Below, in pieces: positions 25,474 through 34,569 of a stretch of 58,140 bases of DNA. This DNA comes from Actinomycetota bacterium. Lineage in GTDB: Bacteria > Actinomycetota > Thermoleophilia > Gaiellales > Gaiellaceae. The stretch is from positions 1-58,140 of the forward strand of contig JBKPTB010000160.1 in the NCBI GenBank assembly GCA_046735315.1, written 5' to 3'. The notes beneath the pieces were generated by a model that did not search any database, had not been told where the DNA came from, and was given only the letters and a program-made list of their open reading frames with translations. How positions within the stretch are numbered: the stretch's first letter is position 1; each line of letters opens with the position of its first letter. The position numbers and the translations under genes are program-made.

Positions 25474-26300
25474 CTCACGCTCTCGGCCGCCGCCTGCGCC
25501 TTCCGGCCCTCGACCGTGCGCAGAATGCGCTGCGCCGTTTCCTCGATCGAGAGGTCGGAGATGTCGATGACCGGGCAGCCGAGGCGCCGCTGCACGGCAC
25601 TCGCCTCCTCGAGCTCGTCGTAGATCTCGGCCAGCTCCGCGTAACGGCGATTGTTCGCGCCGAGGTTCTGGACGCGCACCCGTCTGATCTCCGCCAGCCG
25701 GTCTGCGTGGATCGTCAGGCCCACGATCTTGACGGGATCAAGCTCGAACAGCTCCTTGGGAGGCTTGATCCCCTTCACGATCGGCACGTTCGCAACCTTG
25801 TGACCGAGATAGCCGAGGTAGATGGAGAGCGGCGTCTTCGAGGTGCGTGAGACGCCGACGAGCACGATGTCCGCCTCGTCGAGGCCGGCCCCGACTCCGT
25901 CGTCGTACTTCACGGCGAACTCCATCGCCTCGATGCGCCTGAAATACGCAGGGCTGAGGGGAGCCCGCGAGCCGGGAGTCATCCGAGCCGCCTGGCCGGA
26001 GACGCGTGCGACCGCGTCGATCGGATGCCCGAGCAGGTCGCAGTAGTGCACGCGCGCGCGGCGGCAGAGGCGGCGCATGGCATCTCTCAGCTCGGGGTCC
26101 ACGAGCGTGTAGATCACGACCGCCGCATGGCCGCGGGCACTGCGCACGGCACGGTCGAGGTCGTCCACGGTCTCGGCTCTGTTGTGCCGAACCTCCTCGA
26201 ACTCCTGTTCCGGGAACTGCGCCTCGAGCGCCTGCACCAGGCGCGCAGCCGTCTCACCGGTGGAATCGGAGACGATGTGGAGCTCGACCGCAGGGGCCAT
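25470..26300 (-). CDS. Pyruvate phosphate dikinase / PEP synthase regulatory protein (bifunctional kinase-pyrophosphorylase, DUF299)
   Basis: 276 aa. LHIVSDSTGETA N-terminus and P-loop VGVSRTSKTPLS. Confidence 0.9.
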   Translation of the reverse strand: MAPAVELHIVSDSTGETAARLVQALEAQFPEQEFEEVRHNRAETVDDLDRAVRSARGHAAVVIYTLVDPELRDAMRRLCRRARVHYCDLLGHPIDAVARVSGQAARMTPGSRAPLSPAYFRRIEAMEFAVKYDDGVGAGLDEADIVLVGVSRTSKTPLSIYLGYLGHKVANVPIVKGIKPPKELFELDPVKIVGLTIHADRLAEIRRVRVQNLGANNRRYAELAEIYDELEEASAVQRRLGCPVIDISDLSIEETAQRILRTVEGRKAQAAAESVR

Positions 26301-26401
26301 CGACCAGAGGCTAGTGCACTACCGGCTGGAAACCTCCAGGTCTCCAGGGTTCTCTTCAAAAAGGCTTAACCTGCTTTTGAGCCTATTCTTAGGCGAGACG
26401 G

Positions 26402-26413
26402 GAACGGTGGTTC
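26402..26413. promoter_or_regulatory. Cheo-box-like palindrome GAACGGTGGTTC (arms GGAAC/GTTCC), 1 nt upstream of an ATG
   Basis: Read directly. It is intergenic and immediately precedes the ATG at 26415. Confidence 0.3.
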
Positions 26414-26414
26414 C

Positions 26415-26804
26415 ATGCGTCTGCGTCACGTGATGATCATCCTTGCCTCGGTGGCGGCCATGTTGGCCGTCTCGGAGCCGGCTTCGGCCCAGACGAGTTG
26501 CGGCACCAAGCTGCTCAGGGATTGGAGCGACGGCCGCATCGACGGTGTCTATCCCGTGCGCTGCTACCGGGTCGCGCTGGCGAACATGCCCGAGGACTTG
26601 CGGATCTACTCGAGCGCGGAGAGCGACATCAAGCGCGCTCTCCAGGCGAAGGTCAGGGCAACTCCGGTGAAGGCGACAGCGGCCAAGTCCGCCGCACCGG
26701 CCTCGAGCAAGCAGGGCAACGGCGGCGGCGTCTCGCTCTGGCTCATCGTCGGAATCAGCGCTGCCGTTCTGGCCGCCGGATCGCTGATCGCGCTCGTTCG
26801 CTAA
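26415..26804 (+). CDS. Hypothetical exported protein with C-terminal membrane anchor
   Basis: 129 aa. Signal peptide (ILASVAAMLAVSEPASA), a roughly 60-aa two-Cys domain, an Ala/Lys/Ser-rich linker, and a C-terminal hydrophobic segment LWLIVGISAAVLAAGSLIALV. Confidence 0.6.
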   Translation: MRLRHVMIILASVAAMLAVSEPASAQTSCGTKLLRDWSDGRIDGVYPVRCYRVALANMPEDLRIYSSAESDIKRALQAKVRATPVKATAAKSAAPASSKQGNGGGVSLWLIVGISAAVLAAGSLIALVR

Positions 26805-26833
26805 GCCGCAGGCCTCGGATAACGTCCCCGGCC

Positions 26834-28192
26834 ATGGCCGAGGAGATCGTGACGATGGACAAGATCGTCTCGCTCGCGAGGCGGCGCGGCTTCGTCTTTC
26901 CCTCCTCCGAGATCTACGGCGGCCTTGGCTCGACTTTCGACTACGGCCATTACGGCGTTCTGCTGAAGAACAACATCCGCTCCAGGTGGTTCGAGGCGAT
27001 GGTGCAGGATCGGGACGACATCGTCGCTATCGACTCTGCGGTCATCCTCCACCCGCGCGTGTGGGAAGCGTCCGGCCACGTTGCAGGCTTCACCGACCCG
27101 TTGATCGACTGCAGAACGTGCAAGCTTCGGTTTCGCGCAGACAAGCTCGAGGACTCCAACTGCGGGCGCAAGCCGAGCAAGCGTCCGGGCGAGACGCCCG
27201 AGTGCGATCTCACGGAGCCGCGGCAGTTCAACCTCATGTTCGAGACGACTGTCGGCCCACTGCAGGAGGAAGGGTCGCGGGCGTTCCTGCGCCCCGAGAC
27301 AGCCCAGGGGATCTTCATCAACTTTAAGAACGTCCTCCAGATTGCGCGTCGCCGGCCACCGTTCGGGATCGCGCAGGTCGGCAAGTCCTTCCGCAACGAG
27401 ATCACGCCCGGCAACTTCCTCTTCCGCGTGCGTGAGTTCGAGCAGATGGAGATGGAGTACTTCGTCCCGCCGAACGACGCCGAGCAGTGGTACCGCTACT
27501 GGATCGATGAGCGGCTCAACTGGTATCTCCGCTACGGGCTCCGCCGCAGCCGGCTGCGAGTCCGCGAGCACGGCCCGGAAGAGCGCTCGCACTACTCCCT
27601 GGGGACGAGCGACATCGAGTACGAGTATCCGATCGGCTGGTCCGAGCTCGAAGGCGTGGCGAACCGGGGCGACTTCGACCTGACCCAGCACACGCAGTAT
27701 TCGGGGACGAAGCTCGAGTACGTCGGCCCGGACGGCGAGCGCTACGTCCCCTACGTGATCGAGCCGGCGGTCAGCATCGAGCGGATCGTGGTTGCGTTGC
27801 TCGTCGACGCCTACGACGAGGAGGTCGTCGGTGAGCGCGAGCGCACCGTACTACGCCTGCACCCCGAGATGGCACCGGTCACCGCGGCCGTCCTCCCGCT
27901 GATCGGCAAGAGCGAGGAGATGGTGTCGAAGTCACGCAGCCTGTACGAGGACCTGCGGCGCCGCCACAGTGTCGAGTACGACGACAACGGCGCGATCGGT
28001 CGTCGCTACCGCCGCCAGGACGAGATCGGCACGCCCTGGGCCTTCACCGTGGACGAGCAGACGCTCGCAGACGACACGGTGACCGTGCGCGATCGGGACT
28101 CGCTCCAACAGGAACGGCTGCAGATCGGCGCCGTCCGAGACTGGCTCGAGGACGCCCGCGAAAAGGAGTGGAAGTCGCCGAAGGGGGAATGA
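26834..28192 (+). CDS. glyQS: Glycine--tRNA ligase (homodimeric class II)
   Basis: ATG at 26834 (MAEEIVTMDKIVSLARRRGFVFPSSEIYGGL) inside track ORF 26498..28192, giving 452 aa. Confidence 0.95.
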   Translation: MAEEIVTMDKIVSLARRRGFVFPSSEIYGGLGSTFDYGHYGVLLKNNIRSRWFEAMVQDRDDIVAIDSAVILHPRVWEASGHVAGFTDPLIDCRTCKLRFRADKLEDSNCGRKPSKRPGETPECDLTEPRQFNLMFETTVGPLQEEGSRAFLRPETAQGIFINFKNVLQIARRRPPFGIAQVGKSFRNEITPGNFLFRVREFEQMEMEYFVPPNDAEQWYRYWIDERLNWYLRYGLRRSRLRVREHGPEERSHYSLGTSDIEYEYPIGWSELEGVANRGDFDLTQHTQYSGTKLEYVGPDGERYVPYVIEPAVSIERIVVALLVDAYDEEVVGERERTVLRLHPEMAPVTAAVLPLIGKSEEMVSKSRSLYEDLRRRHSVEYDDNGAIGRRYRRQDEIGTPWAFTVDEQTLADDTVTVRDRDSLQQERLQIGAVRDWLEDAREKEWKSPKGE

Positions 28193-28271
28193 CCCCCGCG
28201 TGCCCGAGGAAGAAGTGGGCATCGCCGTCGAGGACATCGAGCAGAACGGAGACGGTTAGCGGGTTCTCGGC

Positions 28272-29018
28272 CTAGGCGCTTCGGAGCGTCCGCAGCCTGA
28301 AGTTTCCGAAGTACTCGTAGGCCGACGTGATCACCGCCAGCGCGTCACGCGCAGACCGTTCGGCGAGACCGACGTCGAGGGCCTCCGCAAGCGGACGGTT
28401 GAGCAATGCTTCGATGCCCGCGATCCCGGCCGGTGAGAGGGGCAGCGCGTCGTCCGCGCAGGCGCGACAAACCGCCCCACCGGCCCTTGGGGAGTAGCCG
28501 ACGAGCGTCTCGGAGTCGGCGCCGCACTCCGCGCAGCTCGTCAGATGCGGCAGGTAACCGGACAGCCAGAGCAGCTTGAGCTGGAACGACAGAGCGAGCG
28601 GGTCGAGCGCCGGCCGTGCCTCGAGCGGGGCGAGGACGTCGAGCAGGTCGAGGAAGCGCGTCAGTGCCTGGAAGGCGCGCGGATTCGCCTCCTGCTCGGT
28701 GAAGAGGCGCAGCATCGTCTCCGCCCCGAGCAGCCCGACCCCGAGACGGTATTGCTGCTCGCGTGTCTCGCGATGCGAGTGGACGAGCTCGACGCCCGTG
28801 ACGGTCTGCAGCTCTCCCGAGCCCTGATGGAGCATCAGCTCGACGTGGGACAGCGGCTCGAGTCGCGCACCGAAGCGGGACTTCGTCTTCCGAATGCCCT
28901 TCGCCACCGCGCCGATCCGTCCGCGCTCGAGCGTGTAGAGGTGCAGCACCCGGTCCGCCTCGCCGAATCGGAAGGAGCGCAGCACGACCGCTTCGGTCTT
29001 GTACGTGCGCCCGGCCAT
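28272..29018 (-). CDS. recO: DNA repair protein RecO
   Basis: 248 aa. OB-fold N-terminus (TEAVVLRSFRFGEADRVLHLYT) and a C-terminal zinc motif (CAECG ... CRAC). Confidence 0.9.
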   Translation of the reverse strand: MAGRTYKTEAVVLRSFRFGEADRVLHLYTLERGRIGAVAKGIRKTKSRFGARLEPLSHVELMLHQGSGELQTVTGVELVHSHRETREQQYRLGVGLLGAETMLRLFTEQEANPRAFQALTRFLDLLDVLAPLEARPALDPLALSFQLKLLWLSGYLPHLTSCAECGADSETLVGYSPRAGGAVCRACADDALPLSPAGIAGIEALLNRPLAEALDVGLAERSARDALAVITSAYEYFGNFRLRTLRSA

Positions 29019-29043
29019 GGCTCCGCCAGTCTAGTCCCGGGGG

Positions 29044-29083
29044 TGGAAGGAACCTTTCTGCGTCGTTCCACGTTGGAAGGAAC
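29044..29083 (+). promoter_or_regulatory. Direct 10-nt repeat TGGAAGGAAC (x2) flanking its complement GTTCCA in the glutaredoxin leader
   Basis: Copy 1 at 29044-29053, GTTCCA at 29065-29070, copy 2 at 29074-29083. Copy 2 contains the SD and ends 1 nt before the ATG at 29085. Confidence 0.4.
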
Positions 29084-29084
29084 G

Positions 29085-29339
29085 ATGGCGCGGATCCAGG
29101 TCTACACCACTCGGTGGTGCGCCTACTGCGTCCGGGCGAAAGCGCTGCTCGAGGCCAGAGGCTACGAGTACGAGGAGGTGTCCCTCGACGACGATCCGGC
29201 GTTCAGGCGGAAGCTCTTCGACCTGACCGGCGGCTGGACCGTTCCCCAGATCCTGATCGACGAGGCGCCGATCGGGGGCTACACCGAGCTCTGGCGGCTC
29301 GACCGCGACGGCCGGTTGGAGGAGCGGCTGGCCGCATAG
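29085..29339 (+). CDS. Glutaredoxin (Grx3-like)
   Basis: ATG at 29085, 84 aa. Active site WCAYC and TVPQILIDEAPIGGY. Confidence 0.85.
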   Translation: MARIQVYTTRWCAYCVRAKALLEARGYEYEEVSLDDDPAFRRKLFDLTGGWTVPQILIDEAPIGGYTELWRLDRDGRLEERLAA

Positions 29340-30169
29340 CCGCGGAGCCGCTGGCACGTCGGGCAGTACCAGGTGCCCCGTCCCCCGACGCGAATCTTGT
29401 CGACGGGCGTTCCGCAACGATGACACGGCTCGCCGGCGCGGCCGTACACGTTGAAGCGGTCCTGCATGCTGCCGCGGCCGCCGTCGGGAGTCGCGTAGTC
29501 GCGCAGGCTTGCGCCCTGGCGTCTGACCCCGGCCCTGAGTGCCTCCTTGACGCCGCGTGTCACTTTCGCAACCTCGTCGGCGTCGAGCGACTCGGCCGGA
29601 CGCAAGGGATGGATCCCCGCGCGCCAGAGCGCTTCGTCGACGTAGATGTTTCCCAGTCCCGCCACGGTCCGCTGGTCGAGGAGCGCCGCCTTGATCGGGG
29701 CTCGCCGTCCTTGCAGGCGCTGCGCGAGCCCGCGGGCGGTGAAGCCGCGCTCCAGAGGCTCGACGCCGACCTTCTGCGCGAGGTACGGCTCGAGCTCGCC
29801 CGGCTCGAGCAGGAGCCACGTGCCGAAGCGCCTGACGTCGCGGTAGGCGACGTCCGAGCCGTCGTCTAGATTGACAACGGCGCGTCGATGACGGTCGTCG
29901 TGCAGGGCGCCTCGCGCCGCGTGGCGCAGGCTTCCCGTCATTCGGAGGTGAATCAGCAGAGCCCGGCCCGATTCGAATCGAACGACCAGATACTTGCCGC
30001 GCCGCTCGAGTGCGCTGACGCGCTCGCCCTCGAGCTCGGCTGCCACAGCCTGCGGCTCGAACGGCCTGACCAGACGTGCGTCCCGGATCTCGACCCGATC
30101 GAAGCTACGCCCGACCAGGCGGGGTTCGAGTTGCCGACGGATCGTCTCGACTTCGGGCAGCTCGGGCAT
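29279..30169 (-). CDS. mutM: Formamidopyrimidine-DNA glycosylase
   Basis: N-terminal MPELPEVE, an H2TH region and a C-terminal zinc finger CHRCG ... CPTCQ. The 3' end overlaps the glutaredoxin 3' end by 61 nt (convergent). Confidence 0.9.
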   Translation of the reverse strand: MPELPEVETIRRQLEPRLVGRSFDRVEIRDARLVRPFEPQAVAAELEGERVSALERRGKYLVVRFESGRALLIHLRMTGSLRHAARGALHDDRHRRAVVNLDDGSDVAYRDVRRFGTWLLLEPGELEPYLAQKVGVEPLERGFTARGLAQRLQGRRAPIKAALLDQRTVAGLGNIYVDEALWRAGIHPLRPAESLDADEVAKVTRGVKEALRAGVRRQGASLRDYATPDGGRGSMQDRFNVYGRAGEPCHRCGTPVDKIRVGGRGTWYCPTCQRLRGYAASRSSNRPSRSSRQSSV

Positions 30170-30171
30170 CT

Positions 30172-31470
30172 TCAGGTGATCGTCTCGAGCACGATCGGGC
30201 GCGGTGGCGGCCCCGTCTCGCCGAGCTCGTAGGCGCCGAGCACGTCTTTGTGAGCCTGCTCAGCCGCATCGTCGGTTCGGGCGTGGATCTCGGCGAGGGG
30301 CTCGCCCTCGGCGACGGCGTCGCCTCGCTTCTTCAAACAGCGGATGCCGACGGCGTGGTCGATCGCCTGCTCTTTCGTCCGCCGCCCCGCGCCGAGGCGA
30401 AGCGCGGCCATGCCGACGTCCACCGCTCCGATTGCGGAGACGTAGCCGCTCCGCCTGGAGAGGACCTCGCGTACAACCGGCGCGACCGGAAGCGACTCCT
30501 CGGCCGGGTCACCGCCCTGCGCGGCGATCCAGCGCTCGTACATGTCGAGTGCCGACCCGTCCTCGATCGCAGCGGCCGCGCGCGCGCGTCCGGTCGGCTG
30601 GTCGGTCCCGAGGTCGGAGAGAGCCAGCAGGTGGCCGCTCGCGGCGAGTACCAGCTCGGTGAAATCTTCTGGACCGGAGCCACGAAGCGTCGCAATCGTC
30701 TCGCGAATCTCGAGCGCGTTTCCGACTGCCTCACCGAGCGGCTGATCCATGTCGCTCAGCACGCACACGACCTCGCGACCGGCATGCTTACCGAGCTCGA
30801 GCATCATGCCGGCGAGCTCGCGCGCAGCGTCGATCGTCTTCATGAACGCGCCGTCGCCGACCTTCACGTCGAGCACGATCGCGTCCGCACCCGCCGCAAT
30901 CTTCTTGGACATGATGCTCGCCGCGATCAGCGAGACGTTGTCCACCGTCGCGGTGACGTCGCGAAGGCCGTAGAGGAGCTTGTCGGCCGGAACGAGATCG
31001 GCGGTCTGGCCGATGATCGCCAGGCCGACGGCGCGCACCTGCTCGATGAACTCCTCGGTTGTCAGCTCGACCCGGAAGCCCGGAATCGACTCGAGCTTGT
31101 CGAGCGTCCCGCCTGTGTGGCCGAGACCTCGGCCACTCATCTTTCCGAACGGGACACCGCATGCGGCCACGATCGGACCAACGGCGAGCGAGGTCTTGTC
31201 CCCCACTCCACCCGTCGAATGCTTGTCGACCACCTTGCGGCCGAGCGCGGGACCGAGCTCGATCGTCTCGCCGCTTCGGATCATCGCGTCTGTGAGCGCG
31301 AACGTCTCGTCGCCGTCAAGTCCCTTGAAGTAGACCGCCATGCAAAAGGCGGCCATCTGATAGTCGGGAACGTCTCCACGCGCGTACGCGAGCACGAGCT
31401 CGCCGAGCTCGTCCGAGGGAAGTCGCTCGCCGTCGCGCTTGCGACGGATCAGGTCGGCGGCGTGGACCAC
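30172..31470 (-). CDS. deoA: Thymidine / pyrimidine-nucleoside phosphorylase
   Basis: 432 aa, GTG start. KHSTGGVGDK and SGRGLGHTGGTLDKLE motifs. Confidence 0.92.
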   Translation of the reverse strand: MVHAADLIRRKRDGERLPSDELGELVLAYARGDVPDYQMAAFCMAVYFKGLDGDETFALTDAMIRSGETIELGPALGRKVVDKHSTGGVGDKTSLAVGPIVAACGVPFGKMSGRGLGHTGGTLDKLESIPGFRVELTTEEFIEQVRAVGLAIIGQTADLVPADKLLYGLRDVTATVDNVSLIAASIMSKKIAAGADAIVLDVKVGDGAFMKTIDAARELAGMMLELGKHAGREVVCVLSDMDQPLGEAVGNALEIRETIATLRGSGPEDFTELVLAASGHLLALSDLGTDQPTGRARAAAAIEDGSALDMYERWIAAQGGDPAEESLPVAPVVREVLSRRSGYVSAIGAVDVGMAALRLGAGRRTKEQAIDHAVGIRCLKKRGDAVAEGEPLAEIHARTDDAAEQAHKDVLGAYELGETGPPPRPIVLETIT

Positions 31471-31480
31471 GTAGCCGGGA

Positions 31481-32647
31481 TCAGCGCTCGACGATCGGCT
31501 GGCCCGGGATCCCGCGCGACGGCGACTTGCCGCCGAGCCAGGCGTTCACAGTTGCACCCACGTCCGCGAATTCGCCTTCGTGGATTCGTCCGGCAGCGTT
31601 CTTGCCCTCGACGTAGGCCAGCAGCATCGCGTACTCCCGCGAGTGGTCGGTCGACGGCGTCGTCGGGTCGCAGCCGTGGTCGGAGGTGATGATCAGGAGA
31701 TCCTGCGGGCGAAGAGCATCGAGCAGGTCGGGCAGACGACGGTCGAAGTCCTGCAGACAGCGGTGGAAGTTCTCCGGGTCGTTGCGGTGGCCCCACAGCA
31801 TGTCCGTCTCGACCAGGTTTGTGAAGATGACGCCCTCGTCCACCCCGCGGAGAAGCTTCTCGGTCTGCGTGATGCCATCGACGTTCGATTTCGTCGGATG
31901 CGAATCGTCGATGTCCTGGCCGGCGAAGATGTCGCCGATCTTCCCTACGCCGTGCACCTTCGCGCCCGTGTCCCGCACGAGCGTGAGGTAGTTCGGCCGT
32001 CGCGGCTCGAGCGAGAAATCGTGCCGGTTGGGCGTGCGCTCGTAGTTGCCCGGCTCGCCGGTGAACGGCCGCGCGATCACACGCCCAACGGCGTGCTTGC
32101 CCGTCAGGATCTCCCTTGCGATGCGGGACCCCTCGTACAGCTCTTCGAGGGGGATCGTGTCCTCGTGCGCAGCGATCTGGAACACCGAGTCGGCCGACGT
32201 GTAGACGATCCACTTGCCGGTCCGCTGGTGCTCTTCGCCGAGCTCCTGGATGATCTCGGTGCCGGAAGCCGGCTTGTTGCCGAGCACGCCCCGGCCCGTG
32301 CGGTGCATGAACGGGTCGATCACGTCGTGCGGAAAGCCGTGCGGATAGGTCGGCATCGGCTGGGGTGTGACCACGCCCATCAGCTCCCAGTGTCCCGTGG
32401 TCGTGTCCTTGCCCTTCGAGCGCTCGACGAGACGGCCCGCGACGGCCGGCGCTCCCGCCTGAGGTGGACACCCCTCCAGCGGCTCGACGTTACCGAGGCC
32501 CAGCGCCTCCAGATTGGGCAGGTCAAGGCCGCGAACCGCCCGGGCCACGTTCCCGAGCGTGTCCGAGCCCTCGTCGCCGTACTCTGCGGCATCAGGGAGC
32601 TCCCCGGCACCCACGGCATCGAGCACGATGATGCAGGCCCTCGGCAT
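31481..32647 (-). CDS. deoB: Phosphopentomutase
   Basis: 388 aa. VLDAVGAGELPDA N-terminus and TSDHGCDPT metal site. Confidence 0.92.
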   Translation of the reverse strand: MPRACIIVLDAVGAGELPDAAEYGDEGSDTLGNVARAVRGLDLPNLEALGLGNVEPLEGCPPQAGAPAVAGRLVERSKGKDTTTGHWELMGVVTPQPMPTYPHGFPHDVIDPFMHRTGRGVLGNKPASGTEIIQELGEEHQRTGKWIVYTSADSVFQIAAHEDTIPLEELYEGSRIAREILTGKHAVGRVIARPFTGEPGNYERTPNRHDFSLEPRRPNYLTLVRDTGAKVHGVGKIGDIFAGQDIDDSHPTKSNVDGITQTEKLLRGVDEGVIFTNLVETDMLWGHRNDPENFHRCLQDFDRRLPDLLDALRPQDLLIITSDHGCDPTTPSTDHSREYAMLLAYVEGKNAAGRIHEGEFADVGATVNAWLGGKSPSRGIPGQPIVER

Positions 32648-32667
32648 CAGGCTATTCTAGGTCGGTC

Positions 32668-32790
32668 GTGTTGAACGCCCTCGGGATTCTCGGCATGCTC
32701 GTCTTCTGCGCCTGCGTGATCGCGCTGGCTGCGGGAATCACGTGGCTGGTCGTGAAGTACTCACCTGCGAAGCGCCCCGGCCAGTCCTAG
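32668..32790 (+). CDS. Candidate 40-aa single-pass membrane peptide (not in ORF track)
   Basis: From GTG at 32668: MLNALGILGMLVFCACVIALAAGITWLVVKYSPAKRPGQS. By my count third positions are about 90% G/C versus about 48% at second positions. Its TAG and the ald TAG share the palindrome CTAG. Confidence 0.4.
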   Translation: MLNALGILGMLVFCACVIALAAGITWLVVKYSPAKRPGQS

Positions 32791-33911
32791 ACCGCCGACA
32801 GAGGCAGGACCTCTTCCAGCGGCTGGTAGTCGAGCCCGTGCGCGTCGGCGACCGCCTCATACGTCACCTTCCCGTCCACGACATTGACCCCGCGGGCAAG
32901 GTCGGGGTCACGGGCGACCGCCTCTGCGAGACCGAAATCGGCGATCGCCTCGACATACGGGAGCGTGGCATTCGTCAGTGCCTTCGTCGACGTGATCGGG
33001 ACAGCGCCGGGCATGTTGGCGACGCAATAGTGCGTGACTCCCTCCACCGTGTAGACGGGCTCGCTGTGCGTCGTCGGCCGGGACGTCTCCGTGCAGCCGC
33101 CCTGGTCGATCGCCACGTCGGCGAGCACCGAGCCGTCCTTCATTCCGGCGATCATCTCCCGCGTCACCAGCTTCGGCGCGACGGCGCCGGGAATCAGAAC
33201 GGCGCCGATCACCACATCCGCGTCGCGAAGGGACTCCTCGATCTGGAGCGTGGACGACATGACGAGGCTCACGCGTCCCGACAGCACCTCCTCGAGATGA
33301 CGCATCCGATCGATCGAGCGCTCGAGGATGGTCACGTTCGCGCCCAGCCCGATCGCGATCACGGCGGCGTTGTAACCGACGATGCCGCCCCCGATCACCA
33401 CGACCCGTCCCGGAGCGACTCCGGGGACGCCGCCGAGGAGGAGGCCCCGCCCGCCGAGCGGCTTTTCGAGGAAGTAGGCGCCCGCCTGAGCAGCGAGGCG
33501 CCCGGCGATCTCGCTCATCGGCGCGAGTAGCGGCAAGGCCCCGGAGTCTGTCTCCACGGTCTCGTACGCAACGGCGGTGATCCCGCTCTCGAGGAGCGCG
33601 CGCGTCAGCGGCTCGTCGGCTGCGATGTGCAGATAGGTGAAGAGGACGAGGCCTTCCCGCAACCGTCCGTACTCGGAGCGGATCGGCTCCTTCACCTTCA
33701 GCAGCAGCTCGGCCTCGGCCCAGACGTCGTCGACGGAGCCGATGCGCGCTCCCGCCGCTTCGTACGCCGCGTCGGCAACCGCGCTGCCTTCGCCCGCACC
33801 TGTCTCGACGATCACGTCGTGACCTCGCTGCCCGAGTTCCCGGGCGCCTGCAGGCGTGAGCGCGACGCGATATTCGTCGGTCTTGATCTCCTTCGCAACG
33901 CCGATCTTCAC
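32787..33911 (-). CDS. ald: Alanine dehydrogenase
   Basis: 374 aa, GTG start. MKIGVAKEIKTDEYRVALTP and Rossmann motif VVVIGGGIVG. Confidence 0.95.
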   Translation of the reverse strand: MKIGVAKEIKTDEYRVALTPAGARELGQRGHDVIVETGAGEGSAVADAAYEAAGARIGSVDDVWAEAELLLKVKEPIRSEYGRLREGLVLFTYLHIAADEPLTRALLESGITAVAYETVETDSGALPLLAPMSEIAGRLAAQAGAYFLEKPLGGRGLLLGGVPGVAPGRVVVIGGGIVGYNAAVIAIGLGANVTILERSIDRMRHLEEVLSGRVSLVMSSTLQIEESLRDADVVIGAVLIPGAVAPKLVTREMIAGMKDGSVLADVAIDQGGCTETSRPTTHSEPVYTVEGVTHYCVANMPGAVPITSTKALTNATLPYVEAIADFGLAEAVARDPDLARGVNVVDGKVTYEAVADAHGLDYQPLEEVLPLSAV

Positions 33912-34021
33912 GGCGGCTCACCCTACCTTGTGGGCAGATCGGCACGCCTTCGGCGTCGTGGTGAGACAGACACGCAGCAGTTTCGGGGGTAACGTCGACC
34001 GTGAGGGAGAGCGGGTGGCAT

Positions 34022-34042
34022 CCCCCACCCATTGGGTGGGGG
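34022..34042 (-). terminator. Perfect 9-bp GC hairpin (CCCCCACCC-att-GGGTGGGGG), 12 nt downstream of the NUDIX stop
   Basis: Read directly. There is no U-tract, so it would be an I-shaped terminator or a processing or regulatory hairpin ahead of ald. Confidence 0.4.
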
Positions 34043-34053
34043 TGTGGGTCGAT

Positions 34054-34569
34054 TCAGTTTGCGACGGACGTGTTCTCGTCGGTCAGGAACATGAGCAGGC
34101 CGACAAGGGTCTTCGCATCTTCGATCTCGTGCAGATGTGACTCGATGTCCTCCTTCGGCCAGCGGACGACTTCAAGTTCCTCGTCGTCCTCGGGCCGCGA
34201 CGTGCCCGGGTCGAGTTCCTCGGCGACGAAGAGATGCATCAGTTCCCGGCAGAACCCGGGCGTCGTGTAGAAGATCGCGCGCTCGCGCCAGCTGCCACCG
34301 GTCAGGCCCGTCTCTTCCACGAGCTCGCGACGGGCGCAGTCGAGCGGCGACTCACCCTTCTCGAGCGTCCCCGCCGGCAGCTCCAGCAGCTGCTTGCGCA
34401 CGGCCTCTCGCCGCTGCCGGACGAGCGTCAGCATCCGGTCCCGATCGATCGCCACGATCGCGACCGCGCCGGGATGCTCGACGATCTCCCGCTCGTGCTC
34501 GCCCCAGCGTTCGAGAACGACGTCGACGAGCTTCCCGTCGTAGACGACCCGTGCTTCGTCGGGCTTCAT
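34054..34569 (-). CDS. NUDIX hydrolase (ADP-ribose pyrophosphatase-like)
   Basis: 171 aa with Nudix box GTLEKGESPLDCARRELVEETG. Confidence 0.88.
   Translation of the reverse strand: MKPDEARVVYDGKLVDVVLERWGEHEREIVEHPGAVAIVAIDRDRMLTLVRQRREAVRKQLLELPAGTLEKGESPLDCARRELVEETGLTGGSWRERAIFYTTPGFCRELMHLFVAEELDPGTSRPEDDEELEVVRWPKEDIESHLHEIEDAKTLVGLLMFLTDENTSVAN

Noticed and set aside
26199-26210. Perfect GAAC-N4-GTTC (CGAACTCCTGTTCC) inside the PPDK-regulator coding region. A second intragenic copy (GAACGGCCGTTC) lies at 54568..54579 in aroK/B.
   Set aside because: Both are inside CDSs, 90 nt or more from any start. They are built from common GAA/TTC-containing codons (EQEFEE, ERPFVD). My by-eye scan found five perfect cores in the window, so isolated intragenic hits are compatible with chance. 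Only the tandem intergenic pair at imuB is compelling.
26340-26400. AT-richest stretch of the window (ttcaaaaaggcttaacctgcttttgagcctattcttagg), considered as a small RNA or terminator because of the TCAAAAAG/CTTTTGA complementarity.
   Set aside because: It lies between two divergent gene starts, where promoters are expected. The stem is AU-rich, bulged and short. There is no independent support for an RNA gene.
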